From: Nymphaea colorata
Taxonomy: Eukaryota
DNA length: 64,000 nt
Assembly: GCF_008831285.2 (NCBI RefSeq)
Contig: NC_045138.2
Location: 23,932,001-23,996,000 of the forward strand
Direction of reading: 5' to 3'
Below the pieces are notes generated by a model. That model searched no databases and was not told the origin of the DNA. It saw nothing but the letters and a program-made list of their open reading frames with translations. This document shows, piece by piece, positions 24,573 to 38,572 of the stretch. The position numbers and the translations under genes are program-made. Each line of letters starts with the position of its first letter. Position 1 is the stretch's first letter.

Positions 24573-26495
24573 CTTTGTGGGTGGTATAAATTCAAGGATC
24601 TGATCCCAACTTCCGATTATCTGGATCTAAATGTGGATCTAATTCACTAATCACTTATTCACAAGATGATAGGGATGCCAAAACGGTTTCTTGTTTATCC
24701 TGTAAGAAGATCAACCTCATCAAATTCTCTATGTACATAGAGCTATACTCACGAGAATTCCCCGACTCTCCGTTACCAAAACAAAAGAACAATTTAAAAT
24801 ATTTCCACTTATTTTAGTCCTTCGCAGGACAGGATTATTTTTTTAAAATATTTTGATGCTTATGAAAGATAATGTCGTTAAGACTTTTAGAACAGGAATT
24901 TAAAAGAAGCGCAATTCGACATGTCAAGAAATCGGATTTGGCAACGAAAATTCACATGCATTCAACTAATAATCACACATAGTTAGGGTTTTCTTATTGA
25001 AATATCGATCAGATATCCAATTAATTGCATGTGAAAATTCTGATATGGTTTAATTTTCTGCATTCAAATTCCGATGTGAATCCAAATTTTGATCCAAATC
25101 AGGACCCGTACTTTGACATCTGCCTGACACAGACTTGTAGCTTATAGTCTATGACATTGGTGTAAATTAAAATGGGCTGAGTCAAGCCAAATTGGTGGCA
25201 AATCAAATATGATTCATGGTACTCCAATACGTTGCTGCTAACCAGTGTAAAGTTCATTCCATGTACTTATTGTTTAAATTTTAAAAAAAAAACTTTCCTA
25301 ATTATTATTAGTATTTTTAAAAATAAATTTAATAATATTTTTGAGAACTAATTCATAAATATCGGTACTGCTAAATTGCCGAATCAGCCACTAAACCAAA
25401 TAATTATTTTTTAAAAAAAAAACTTTCCTAATTATTAATATTTTTTATCGGACCTTAAATCCATACTTTTTACAACATGGATTTGAAATCCACACTAGAG
25501 AGTTCAAGCTGAAATCTACAGTTTGCTAAAACTATGAATTTCAACTCTCGGATCCCTTCGGACTTGAGATCCATGAGAAATCAAACGCAACCTTAGCGTC
25601 TAACCTCATTTTTTGCCATAATTACTCTCAATAGCAAGTGATTGCCAATTGGGATGAAAGCAAATGAATATGGAATCATCGCATATTCCTGCCACCAAGG
25701 AAACTGGGGGTTGCTATCATGCTCGCCGTCAAAAGGGTTCCACATTAAAGCTTCCCTTTTATATATTCCCTTCAAGTGTTTGTGTGTGTGTCTCCGACTT
25801 TAGGTGTCTTTGGAACATGATTCCCAAGAATGAATTTGGTGTGGGTCTTGTCTTGTCTGCCATTAGAGCATGTCTAAGAGATTAAAAAAAAAGAAATACT
25901 TTATATATAAATATATCAATTACTATTGTATATTGGTGAGTTGGGGAGCCACCATCTCATCTATATGTCAATATTTGAGTATGTCAGTTCAAGACATTCA
26001 GTCATCAAATTGGCTCCACTTACTCAAAAGTCCTTTATTTACAATGTCCTCATGCTTGGCAACATATTAATAATATTTCTGGATCCAAATTTTACAAAAC
26101 ATAGAAATACTTCTCAACTTACTGAACTGTTCTTTTCTTCTCTGTTTAATTCACATGTAAAACAATTAAGCATAGGGAGGAAACTAGGTTACAGTAAGAT
26201 TTGTTTGGCAAAAAGAACAATATGTTAACAATGAACAGTTACAAATTATTTTGTTTGCTACCCTTCTCTTATTGTTGTTTTTTAGTTTTTTTTTTTTCAT
26301 TTTTCGATTTGATGATAGTTTTTTTCTTATTTGTTGTTGTTGATAGAGAAAGAGGCAGATTATTGGCCAGCCAACATCATGAAAAAGGAAGGAAAGTCTC
26401 CTGTTGATGAAGACAACTCCGCCCGCACGAGCCGTCTCGAAAATATTTGCCTTTCTTTCGTCTATGTACAAAGTTTTCCGTACGTATCACAGTTG

Positions 26496-27788
26496 TCAGA
26501 ATTCGGGTAAGCCGGGTTCCGGCCGTCGGGAAGACGGTGACGGTGACGGTGACAGAGAAGGCGTACGGCTACTGGTGCGTTGCGCTTCCTGAAGGACTCA
26601 CTGATGTCGACTTGTTCTTCTAGGCTGCTGCTCGACGATAAACGGCGTTCTAGGGATGTCGGCCATCCTCTCCCAGTCCAGTCCCCGGAAGAACTCATGC
26701 CGTTTCACCTCGAATGCGCCGCCGGAACCGAGCCGGCGTGCTGGGTCATTCTCCAGCAGCCGGGATATGAGGTCCCGGAGAGAGGCGGCCGCCTCGGTGG
26801 CTGGCCCGACGAATGATGGCGCCCGAGTGAGGACGTTCCGGAACGTCTCCTTCCGGTTCGTCCCGCGGAAGGGCGTCCGGCCGTATAACATCTCGTAGGC
26901 GAAGACCCCGAGCGCGCACCAGTCGACCGCAAATGCGTGGCCGCGGCCTCGCACGACCTCCGGAGCGACGTACTCCTCGGTGCCCACGAACGAGTTGGTG
27001 CACTCTACCTCGCAGGGTGGTGCGGCCACGCGCGGCACCACTGTGCTTCGCGTCCTTGCCGCAGCTTCCACCGTCGGCGTCACCTTCGCCTAAGCCGTGG
27101 CCACCAGCCTCGTCAGGCTTCTGTAGTGGCCCCTTGTCGTCTTCTTCTTCTTCTGCCTCTTAGTAACGCCTGTCATTATTATTGCCATGGCTGTTAATCA
27201 TCTCGGCGGCGCCGTGAATGTTCTTATCTGGGGGATGGCGTGGACGAGATCGGCGGTCGAAAGCGGGAGCATCTTGCGGGAGCATCTTGGAGAGATCGAA
27301 GTCGGCGAGCATGATGTGGCCCGACTCTTGGATGAGGACGTTCTCTGGCTTGAGGTCGAGGTAGACGACGCGGTGAACGTGGAGGTACTCGAGGGCGAGA
27401 AGGAGCTCGGCGAGGTAGAAGCGGATGACGGAGGGGGAGAAAACGCCGGACTGGAGCTGACGGAGGGCGTTGAGGTGGCGGCCTGGGCAGAAGGGGATGC
27501 CCAGCTGGAGAAGCCATTGGGTCGTCGGCGTCCAAGGCGGCAAGGAGGGAAGGGAGGAAAGGGATGTGGAGGTTGGAGAGGATGTCGACCTCCCAGCGGG
27601 CTCGGCTGGCAGCATCGAATTTACCCTTGAGCGTCGACTTGTCCACGACTTTTATGGCGAAAGGAGAAGAGAAGGAGGAGGAAAGGGCAGAATTAGTGTC
27701 GCCGTCGGTGGTGGTGGCGAGGAAAACGGTGCCGAGAGCTCCCCGGCCTAAAACCTTGCGGGCAACCAGCGTGTTCAAGGTTGGACAT
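26496..27788 (-). pseudogene. UCN-like AGC2 kinase pseudogene (inverted duplicate of 16229-17530)
   Basis: Colinear from ATG to the PEF-stop region but split over several frames: a frameshift just after the ATG, another at ~27520, catalytic loop YRD changed to YLD, an in-frame TAG at ~27091, and further indels near the 3' end. Confidence 0.93.
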
Positions 27789-28501
27789 TGTTGGGGAGGC
27801 GAAGGGGGAGGAAGACGGAAAAGAAAAAAAATAGGCGGACGGTTAAGGGAGAGATTTGTGGGGGATTTCTCGATGGTGCTTCCAGAAGTCACCGGCGGTC
27901 TGTCGTCGTATTCCACACCGCCGCGCCACCTCATATAGAAAATACCCACATATATATATATATATATATAAAAGATAAAACCGAGAAAGCCGAATCCATT
28001 AAAATTTATATTTTTTTATGTGATCTAACCTTATAAATAAATAAATATGAATACCTTTTCATATGTATTAGTAATGTATTTCTTTTATATTATAATATAT
28101 AAATTATAATTAATGTCTAAAAGTAAAAGAGTGAGTTAGGCGGGGGCACGTCGGGTAGCTTGTGTGGCGCACAACTTATTGGTGCATGCGCAGCACCACC
28201 ATTTATATAATATAATCTCCACACTCACTATGCTAACCTAAGCTAGCCTAGCAAGAAAATGGCGAGCACATTCCGGGATTCTCCTTGAATAAAGTCATTG
28301 CACATCCAAAACTCTCTTTTTCTGAACCAATAACACTCATTGATCCCCCATCTTCCATGCGTTGCCAAACTTTCTGCGCGTCCCTGCAAAAACTTTCCAA
28401 AGCTTTTCGAATGATTGATGAAGGGGTTTAGTGACTGGTGAATTCCTTCATCCGGTTCTTCACTCACGTCCTCCTAAATTTGAGAAAGTATCTTTAGGGC
28501 C

Positions 28502-28547
<46 letters not shown>

Positions 28548-30594
28548 TCACTAGAGATAAAAAAAATTATTGAAGAAACAACAAGATATTTTTTCTTTTG
28601 TCCTTTTCAAAGGATCAAAAAATAAAGCAGTGGTTGATATATTCAAGATAATTATGTAATTATAAAATACCATATCAATTCATCCTATTTCGTCATTGGA
28701 GATATGATATAGTTTGGAAGGATGAACAAAATATGGACAGCTCTAATAAGATCTCATTCTTAAACCAAAGCTCAACTTTAAAGGGATTCATGCAATTGGT
28801 AGGGTGAAAGCTGGTAAGTGTCCAGTTTTAGTTTCAAATTCTCATTGCATCAATTTTTTGTGTTGTAAAATGAAGTGCACTGATATGCAAGTTGAAGCAT
28901 AACGAGTATGTTACCCAATGCACCGAAAGCAGCCCTAAACTCTAAAAAAAATGAGAGAGAAAAAGGGAGGTTTCAACCTTTATTTGTGTGGTCGGATGAC
29001 CCTCTTGCTCACTCACCAGACTTATCACAAGAAACCAAAAAGAGATAAAGAGAGAACGAGTCCTCTAATCACCACTTCATACTTTTGAATGTAAACTATG
29101 AACTTAATTACTTGGATCCATATTTGGATTGAAGAAGCTTCCCAATGCATTTGTACTCCATGAAGTTGTGCCTTCGTATAAATTTGGGGGGAGCCCAATT
29201 AGGTCGGATCTTGTAGATATGGATCCACATTGAGACCAATCCATTTATATCCCTAGAAACGTAAGGTAGAAATAAAGATAATTAGGTCATGTAGAAGAGT
29301 CAATGATATCTCCAAACTAGGGAAATATGTAGGTCTGATGGCCGATCTAAATCTGACCCAATTCAATATTAGCTATATACTTTTAAAGCCAAATTCCAAT
29401 TAATTAAAGAAAATGCAGCCCTAGATACTAAATTAACTTAAATACTGGGTCTTTCAATCATTGATCAGTTTGTGATTCATTTTCCCGTCGGAGTAAGATC
29501 CATAATTGGTATGGCACAACCATACTTGGATTGAGACAATATCGGGGTTTCACTCAAATATTCAAACAATCTTCACACTGCAGGAATTGGTTTATTTTGT
29601 ACTCACTCCCTTGAATCATTAGATATCAACTTACTTTTTAAAAGAAAATTATACATTGAAATAGAAATCATTAAAAGGAAACATATATTTTAAAACAATA
29701 ATGTATTGGTATGATGTGCCAAAGTGCTGTCAGGTAATTGACGCCCATAAACTGCACAATCTTTTCCTAAAGGGAAAGAAAGTTAACTCTAGATGTTCAC
29801 CGCATATGATACCCATTATTTCAAGATGAACTTTATATCTTCCACAAAATACCTGCTGTTGGGTAGGCCTCATTCCTGTTATTACAAGAGAAATCAACCT
29901 TAGAGTCAAGCAAACCATCTTTGCACTGGATTCATGCACTTGGAAATTTCTTGGGCAACTAAACATGTCCTGTACAATGATAAAGAAAAAAAAACATGAA
30001 ATCGAAAGGCAAGGCATAAGTTCTTACTCGTCTTCCTTGTTTTATGGAAAGTGACGACTGAACCTTCCCCCTAGATCTACTCATTCAGTTTGTCATTATA
30101 AGTTTCACATATTCAGTTTGTCATTATAACCTCTACATGCTTTCTTTTCCATGTCGAACGGGACAATTAAGATTTTGGTAGTATTTAATTGGCAAAGCAT
30201 AACAAAGTCTTTGCAGTTTTTATTGCAAATTCTCCAAGATATTAAGCCAATTGAGATATTTGTCTTTTTACATATTTGTCATTATAAGTTATGTTTTTTA
30301 TATGCTTCAATAGAGTATATTCATTTAAGACAAGATGCATTGACAAAAGATATTTGTTTTTGTTTAGAATACAAGAAATTGAAATAAGCCAAAAGCATGT
30401 AATCACTTCATAATTATAGTTAAAAGTAAGTCATTTGGATTGGTTCTGATCTAAAAAATACACAGGTGTGTCCAAATACCCATTTCAAGGTGTAGGTATG
30501 CCAATGGTTTATAACCAACCTATTTAAATTTATTCATGCTTATACTATCAGTACAACAAATATTATATTTACTAACAGACTGCTAGGGTCGGTT

Positions 30595-30880
30595 TGCAAT
30601 CGATTCCTAGATCTTGCACTACACCAAACAAGTTGTTTCATATGAACACTCTTACTCAGACTCCCATAAATTGGGAATAAAAGCTGCTTGAAACCATTTC
30701 TAGGGAAATCTTTTCCCCCTTTTACAAATTCCTTCATTTGGGTCCTTTCCTAGCGATCCGATCAATTCCTAAATCTTGCACTACAACAAACAAGTTGTTT
30801 CGTAGGAACACTTTTCCTCAAAGTCCCATTAATTGGGAATAAAAGCTGCTTGAAATCATTTCTAGGAAAATCTTTCTTTC
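30595..30880. repeat. Tandem duplication of a ~160-bp unit, probably within decayed retroelement sequence
   Basis: ttccta.atcttgcactaca..aaacaagttgtttc...aattgggaataaaagctgcttgaaa.catttctagg occurs twice (~30603 and ~30765). Confidence 0.75.
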
Positions 30881-33002
30881 CTAGTGATCTTCTCCGTTGT
30901 TCTCTTTCATCTTCATAAGACCATTAGGTTTCACCATTCACCTATATAGTTAGGTCAGCTGTAAAACCAATACAACCATGCGATTAGCTTTACAACCACT
31001 CTTCCTCATGATGTAGCAATTCTTTCTACAACATCAGCTCATCTTACTCTGCATCCATTAGCTTTACAACCACTCTTCCTCATTTTCCCTTTTGTATCTT
31101 GTTGTCTATGCTTATCATGTCATTATCAGTTTTAATATCACCTGATTTTTCATATCATGCTGACTTGTTTGAAAATGAGTAGTAGTTATGATTCCCTTCC
31201 TCCAATTCAATGAAATGGGGGCATAACATGTTCATATTAATTGCATAACATGTCCCTATCATTTTTGTATCATCTAGGATGACAATGCAAAAATTGGAAG
31301 CATATGTAATTGTTGTTCCTATGGTTTTTAAAATCCAATGAGCCAAAAATTTATGAGTAATGTATTCTTTGCGTCCTTGTATATGAATCTCATATTTGGA
31401 GAAGAAAATGGACATAGGTTTGTAGTGAATATTATAAACCTTAAATAATTTTTTTTTTCTTTAGGAAAAGATAATCCTTGACTATGTTGTAGAACAATTT
31501 TTGTGTGAATATGGTTATGCGAAATAGTCTTATCTTTTGTAAACTGCTAAAACATATGAATTCTTCCTTCTGAAATTAGAGGTATTACACTAACTAAATA
31601 ACTATATGTCATAACCTTGATTTTCCTTCCCAGATTACTTTCCCAAACTTAAAATCACAATTAACACATCTCAGTTCAGTCGTCATTACAAGATTTTTGA
31701 TATTGTAAAAATGTGATTTCTTCATGATAACATTCATCCTCTGCTTTCTTTTGTCTTATTTGTTTATGTTTTGATTAATCATTTTTCCCCAATCATCATT
31801 TTTCATCCGTGTGGATTTCATCATCCTTTTCCATGGCAATTGAAGTCATGATTATATGAGAGAGAGAGGGAGAGAGAGTGTGTAACACCCCAAACTAGGC
31901 CACATTTATTCTTTTACTTTTGTTATATATGTTGGTGATTTAGTGCAGTCTAATGCAAGTCCATAACACTTATGTAATTAACATATAACATGACCTATCC
32001 TAAATGGATATAGACTATATAAGCTAGGTACTAGGGTGACCAGCTAATCTGATAATTGTCTACATAATTAGTGCATGGCTCGATCTTTCCTAAGTAGATA
32101 AAGGCTCTAAGGATCCTATATCAGAACTATGGAATACATCAGCAATATCACATGTATATATGAGATTGAATAGACTTTAGATATTTACATTGTTAGCCCC
32201 AAGATGCACTAAACCAGTCCTTGAACCTTAAGAATCTATTTACAACATCAAAACTAAAACACAACCAAAATCATAATTGTGCGCACCTGTATGCGTCACA
32301 GATTTTGACTGTGTTGCCAAGTCTCAACTGTATTTAAACTTTAAAATGGTGATTATACAACTATACTTTCTCAATTTGATTTGTATTAAACGAGTTCTTC
32401 TATGTCTAGGACTAATCAACCGCAATATATATGAAGAAAATATGGGCATCATGTACCAGTTACAATAAACAAGCTTAGGTTAGCCAAACATAAACATGAT
32501 TCACATGAGCGTATCAACTTCAGTTAGATTTTGACCCTTAATCCTACAAGGCACAATCACCCGACCATGTTTTTAATTATTTATTCATGTTATTTCATTA
32601 TTACCCTGCTGCAGTAGTAACTCCTACTAGAACATCACAACATAAGTGGTGCAGGCTCCCATCATCCTTGGCCCCCCTCAGATTTTAAAAACTTTAAAAT
32701 TTTATATGTAAATTAAAAAAATAGTTTAATATATATATATAATTTTGAATTTTTTTATTTTGGCCCCCGTTAAAATTTTGAAAATATAGATTGGCCCCTG
32801 CGACAAAAAAATTCAGGCTCCGCCCTTGATTATACGACTACTGTTTAAAGTTGTGTCTCGCGTAATGGTAACAAAGTACTGTTTAAATATTACTTGTAAT
32901 TAGCACATAATATGTCATATTCAACAATTTAAATAAAATGAAACTATATATGAGTAACTTTAATACTCATCATGCATTTAATACATGTTAATTCCATCTA
33001 TT

Positions 33003-33528
33003 TGTTGGATAGTGGCCTTGAACCCTATCTCTACATCTTGTAACTGCAAGAAGGCCCACTTGAAGTTACAAGATTAAATAAGAAAAACTGCCCATCAATC
33101 TCTCTGGTCATAACTGTCCATTGCTGGGCATAGGGAAACCCTAGGAGGCGGTCTATAAAAGCTCAGCTTATCTTATGCTTAGGGTTAATCGAGAGATTAC
33201 CCAAGCCGGAGTCACCTAGAAGCAAACCCGTAAATAACCTATGTAAGGTTTTGGTCTCTTCTTCTTCTTCTTCTTCCAACACTTGGTGTGATGTTGCTGC
33301 TGCCTCACAAAGGAGACGCCGCTGGTGGGGAGACTCTAAGCCTATCACAGACAAGACACCATTCCGCTGCATAAGTTTCAACACTATCATCGTTATCATT
33401 CAAGGTCACCCAATGCACATTAGTTCAAAATTAACCTTAAGCCCACATCTTATTGAATTCACCACCTGAAATGAGAATTACGTAACACATAATCAGTCGA
33501 GAAACGTTAATGTACTCGCAGCCCAACA
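33003..33528 (+). mobile_element. Probable solo LTR
   Basis: TGTTGG...CCAACA termini, an internal TATAAAA, and a homologous inverted copy near 23 kb. The TSD was not confirmed. Confidence 0.5.
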
Positions 33529-33997
33529 TCCATTCAATCATATAATATAATAAGTCATTTGATTAGAGGTAAATCTGTAGTTATTTGAATAATATTTTAA
33601 TTATGCTAGACCAACAAATGTATGATACGTTCTGCTATTAATTTTCTTTTTCAGGCACACAGTGAGCCTATGTTTCAATTGGTGGTTCATGGATGAACTG
33701 ACGACGGCCTATGCTTTGACTTATTCCATACATTACAACTTCAGCTTAAATGGCAAATCAGTTGATTAAAATGAAGAAGGGACAAATATATATATCTCTT
33801 ATAGAAATATAAATACTAATGATTAGAATTATTTAAATATGCAAATTTCATGCTAATGCCATTGGGTTTAGTTCTGGAAAAGTGAAAACCAAAATCAGAA
33901 AATCATTACATAAGCGTGCAGACCAGCCATAGACTACATAAATATTCTTCTATCAATTTCTCATGACCAGCCTAACACACACACACACACATATACA

Positions 33998-34031
<34 letters not shown>

Positions 34032-36240
34032 AAATCAAAAACAAGATAATGCATAACTCTAATTAGTTGCTGGGAATTGGGTTCTCTTTATTGAAAATAA
34101 ACAACAGAATTTGCAAACAGCAGCAAATTAGTCGAGACTAAATAGAGATGTCAATGTATCTGACTTGGATAGGATATCCAATCGAATTGTTCCGAACAAA
34201 TCGGATGTGAGAAAAAATTAATATCTGATTAAGAAATTGGATCATAACTGGATTTAAAAAATAACATCCAATCAAATTTATATTCGGATACACATAAATA
34301 TCTGATCATATTCATTTTAAATTTAATTTTAAATAAATATCTTATATTCAATGCTCTTGCGATTTTGAAAATCTGCTAAATTTGGTTCAAAACTCAGATT
34401 AGATATGACTTTTCTTTGTTTGTATTCAAATGTAAATATGTAAATATTCGAAAAGCAGATACAGTTAAGGGTATTCTAGTTAAGGGTATTCTGATTTAAA
34501 TTTGATCTATTTTCATCCCTAAAACTGAATAAAAGAATAACAAAGAAGCCCAACTATTCACCACCATATGAAGGAACTTTTAACAGCCTCTACTTCGACT
34601 TGAAGCAGACCGTAACAAGGGGAAAGAACTAATGTATGAACTAAAGAGACAAATCTTGTGGTGCTGCTAACTGAAACCCTATTGCAAGTCGTGTATGATC
34701 TACACGTTGAAAGTCATAAAAGAAAATCAAAGATTTGCTTTACCAACTTCTATTGAAAACAAGAAAAGGAAACAAAAAATTGCTTTTCATACGGAAACAG
34801 AGCTACCATATCGGCCCTTGTCTTCCCCTTTCCCTTCTTCTTCTTGTCTTTTCTATTCGTCGCCCTCCCTTCCCCAACAACACCCTGCCAATTAACTCTC
34901 TCTCCCTCTCCCTCTCAACAGCTTTATCCAAGTTATGAGCTGCCCCTATTGTGTTTGAACTGTAAATTTTAATTATCAAGGATCGTTTATAAATTCAGAC
35001 GTGCCATCCTAAGAAAAAAATGTCTGGGCACTGGGACGCGCCCAAGCAAGTATAGGTGGATTTTAAGCAGCGCCAGAATTTTCACGTTCATTCAAACATC
35101 AGACCACGTAAATGGGATTGTCAATAAATAAATGGTTTATGTCCGATATCCGACCAAATCACATTAAAAAATAAAATATGAAAAAAAATGAAGCCCATTA
35201 ATGATTCAAATTTGAAAAGTACCATTCATTGAATTCAGACTTAAACAAATATTGACAGGATTTTAATTCAGGTTTAAATCAAATAAAGTTTCAAATAAAT
35301 ATCCTGTATTCAATGTCTATAATACAGTTTAGATTTGATTTTAAAACATATTTGAATTTGGATGTTAATTTAAAAACCAGAATCGGATTCTGAATTCAAA
35401 TTTCTTATTAGAATATAGTGCAGGTTCTTCATATGAAGTTGAATCTGAACAAATATACATAAGGATATGGCATAAACAACACGATTTCGAATCAGGTGAT
35501 CAAGCAAAAAGACTGTCCCAGCTTGCCGTGTGTGTTCATGATTACAGGGTGCACCAAAAGGCAACTCAAAACCATCGCACCTCACGAAAGTTTTTTTTTT
35601 TTTTAAAAAAAAAGAAAAGTTATTTAGGTTTCCCCAGCAAAACTCAAAAGCATTTGGAAAGCGCATAGTCCATGTCCCAAGAGAATATTTATTTCTTTAA
35701 ATGGACTAATGCCTACCGCACCATCCAAATCGATTACTTGCACGTCCAAATAGTATTCGCTTTTGATGAATTGCAACATAGAACACGCCAACCATGAACC
35801 GACCAGCTTTCATGTGCCGTTCGGAACTAACCACCTAAAACTGACACGCCCATCTCGTGTGCACTGCAAGTCTAGCTAAGACATGGCTTCTCTCACCTAT
35901 AGAGATTGTGTAAAAAGGCACCTCGACATTGTAAGATCAAACCTACAACTCAAATTCCCGCAGGGAACGGACCCTTTGTAAGGTCCACAAAATATAAAAA
36001 AAAAAACTTGAGCGGCGCAATGTGAAACGAAGTTGACAAGCACAACTCATAATTTGTTCTGCAACGGAACGTTGACCCGTTCTAAATTTCTAATGGTACG
36101 ACACTACTAAGTTGACCCTTGACGCAAAATATCGATTAACAATGTACCCGCAAACTGCATCATTGGGAACCCATCAAACAATTACAACCTTCATGTTAAC
36201 GATAAACCATGTGCCAGCGAGAAGAAAAGAGATGAGAAGC

Positions 36241-37957
36241 TTAAGCTCCGTCTGGTTGGATAAAGGGATTGGCTATTTCATCTGTTCCATCTGTCGGAGA
36301 CACGAGCATAACAGCCGTTCCCCGGCAAACCTGTAATGCAAAATCTACATCTTAAGGCCAACATAAAACATTGCATCTTTCTAATAGATAAACTGCCTAG
36401 CACATTGCAGGTACTGTAAATTTGGTCAGTGTTCCACAGCTATAACCATCATCCTACCGAGCTAGAGACGGAGAGAAAGATGGAAGTCCTAAAGATGGTG
36501 ACAATCAAGTAGAAGTGCAACTCATAAGGGAAGTAACTAGGTCCAACTGAAGGAAAAGAGAGTTTGGGAAGATTGCATATGGATATGATGAACTGAAGCA
36601 AAAGCCAAAAGTATGTTGGACCTAGTCAATTTTAAAATACTCAATAAGAGCTATCAGAAGATTCAGATCCATCTAAACTTTACTTCCAATACTCGAGATT
36701 TATTGAGGCATGAAGGGACACTAGGATGCAATCTGAGGACTTGAGAATAAGATTTCAGCAACCTGGAAGAGAATATCTAGTAAGCAGTATGAATGAAATG
36801 CATCTGCACGTTCATTTTTTGTTTCAACCAATTACTATGCATAGACATGGCTTTTTGCCCTTGGCGATTAATCTTGAGTGGTTACTAAACAGTTAGCACT
36901 CTAGGATACTGCACACTTCCCGGTGCATGGATCTTCTATTCATTTCAGAATCCAATAAAGCATATAAAAAATGCTAACAAGAATCACTTTCTACCAATAC
37001 AACTTACAAAATCCAACAGTTACATGGCATATGAAGTATCCTGACTTGGATACTCCCATTTGCAAGTGGTAGTTAAAGGGTGCCATGAGACTTGGCAGAA
37101 GGAGGGGTGGGATGTCACCTCTCTATATGCCAAATTGCTGCAGAAACTCATCTTTATCTAACATACCAAAAGCCTAACAGTTTACATCCCTTGAATCCCT
37201 ATGCCACACAGGTGTCGTATGCAGATGTGTTTGTGGGTGCATGCGCGCATGCGCGCGCGTGTGTGTATATACTTGTTAAGTTGAACATGCTACTTAGCCA
37301 AGTCCCTATCGCGTCAGCTTCTAAATATCCCAGCTACTTGATAGCATTATCATCATAAACCACTTTAGTATTGGAAGTTGTGGAACAAGGACAAGTCAAA
37401 AACACCCAGAGTACCCATTTTGACACTCCTGGATACGAGTATGGACATGGTTTGGTTCCCCAACATGGTCAATATCAATCTAGTGCTGTCAATGCATCAA
37501 CAGGTATTTCATCCATATATAGTCTTGGTCAACCTCATTTCTGTCTATTTTTTGACTAATTAAGAAAGTTTAATTCCATTGTGTGCCTTCACCCCTTAGG
37601 AATCCTACGGAGGTCCTCCCATCAATCAGCATCTAACATCACCTCGACACAGCAACTCTCCAACGACCCTCTTCCACTGGTCGCCACTGTGTTCCCTGTA
37701 AGAAGAAATAATAAATACCCTCTTTCTCTCTCTTTTTTGCCTCCTTCAACCTCTCCTCAGTATTGCATAATACACTCCCTTCTTTTGCACATCAGCGATT
37801 CTCTCTCTGTCTCTCTCCAGCATCTGACGTCAATAATTCACTGATGACCTTCTTCCACTGGCAGCCACTATGTTTGCGTAAGTACCCTCTTCCTCTCTCA
37901 GCCGCATTCATCAGCATAGCTGAATACTCTTTGTCCTACCAGCAACTCTCTCTCACG

Positions 37958-38007
<50 letters not shown>

Positions 38008-38254
38008 TACCCACTTTCTCTCTCTTTCTCACCTCTCAACCTCTCTCCTCAGCATTGCATAATACGCTCCCTTTTTTTGCACATCAGCTGACTCTCTCTC
38101 TCTCTCTCTCTCTCCAGCATCTGACGTCAGTAACTCACTGATGACATTCTTCCACTGCCAGCCACCATGTTTGCATAAGTACCCTCTTCCTATCTCAGCC
38201 GCATTCATCAGCATGGCTGAATAATAATTCTCCCATCAGCAACTCTCTCACAAG

Positions 38255-38288
<34 letters not shown>

Positions 38289-38538
38289 CCAAGACAAAAG
38301 CAAAAATACCCTCGTTATCTCTCTTTTTCAGCTCTCAACCTCTCTCCTCAGCACTGCATAATACACTCCATTTTTTTACACCAGCGACTCACTCTCTCCC
38401 CAACATCTGACGTCAGTAACTCACTGATGACCTTCTTCCACTGGCAGCCACTATGTTTGCATAAGTACCCTCTTCCTCTCCCAGCCGCATTCATCAGCAT
38501 GGCTGAATACTCTTTCTCCCACCAGCAACTCTCCCTCA

Positions 38539-38572
<34 letters not shown>

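Larger units (their letters stand above)
22310..27940 (-). repeat. Inverted full repeat unit: kinase pseudogene plus flank blocks A, B and C
   Basis: Read on the minus strand the order is kinase copy (27788-26496), A (26160-25590), B (25100-24600), C (23870-22310). Each matches a + strand block at 16.2-17.5, 8.4-9.0, 9.1-9.5 and 14.6-16.0 kb respectively. Confidence 0.8.

Noticed and set aside
29700..32640. Host protein-coding gene in 29.7-32.6 kb
   Set aside because: Only short broken ORFs, a tandem duplication and an LTR-like terminus (tgtaacacccc at 31881) are present. This is most likely decayed TE sequence that I cannot classify.
37800..38510. CTGATGA motifs as hammerhead ribozyme cores or C/D snoRNA boxes
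   Set aside because: No GAAA core with flanking stems, and no convincing terminal stem or D box at suitable spacing, could be built by eye.
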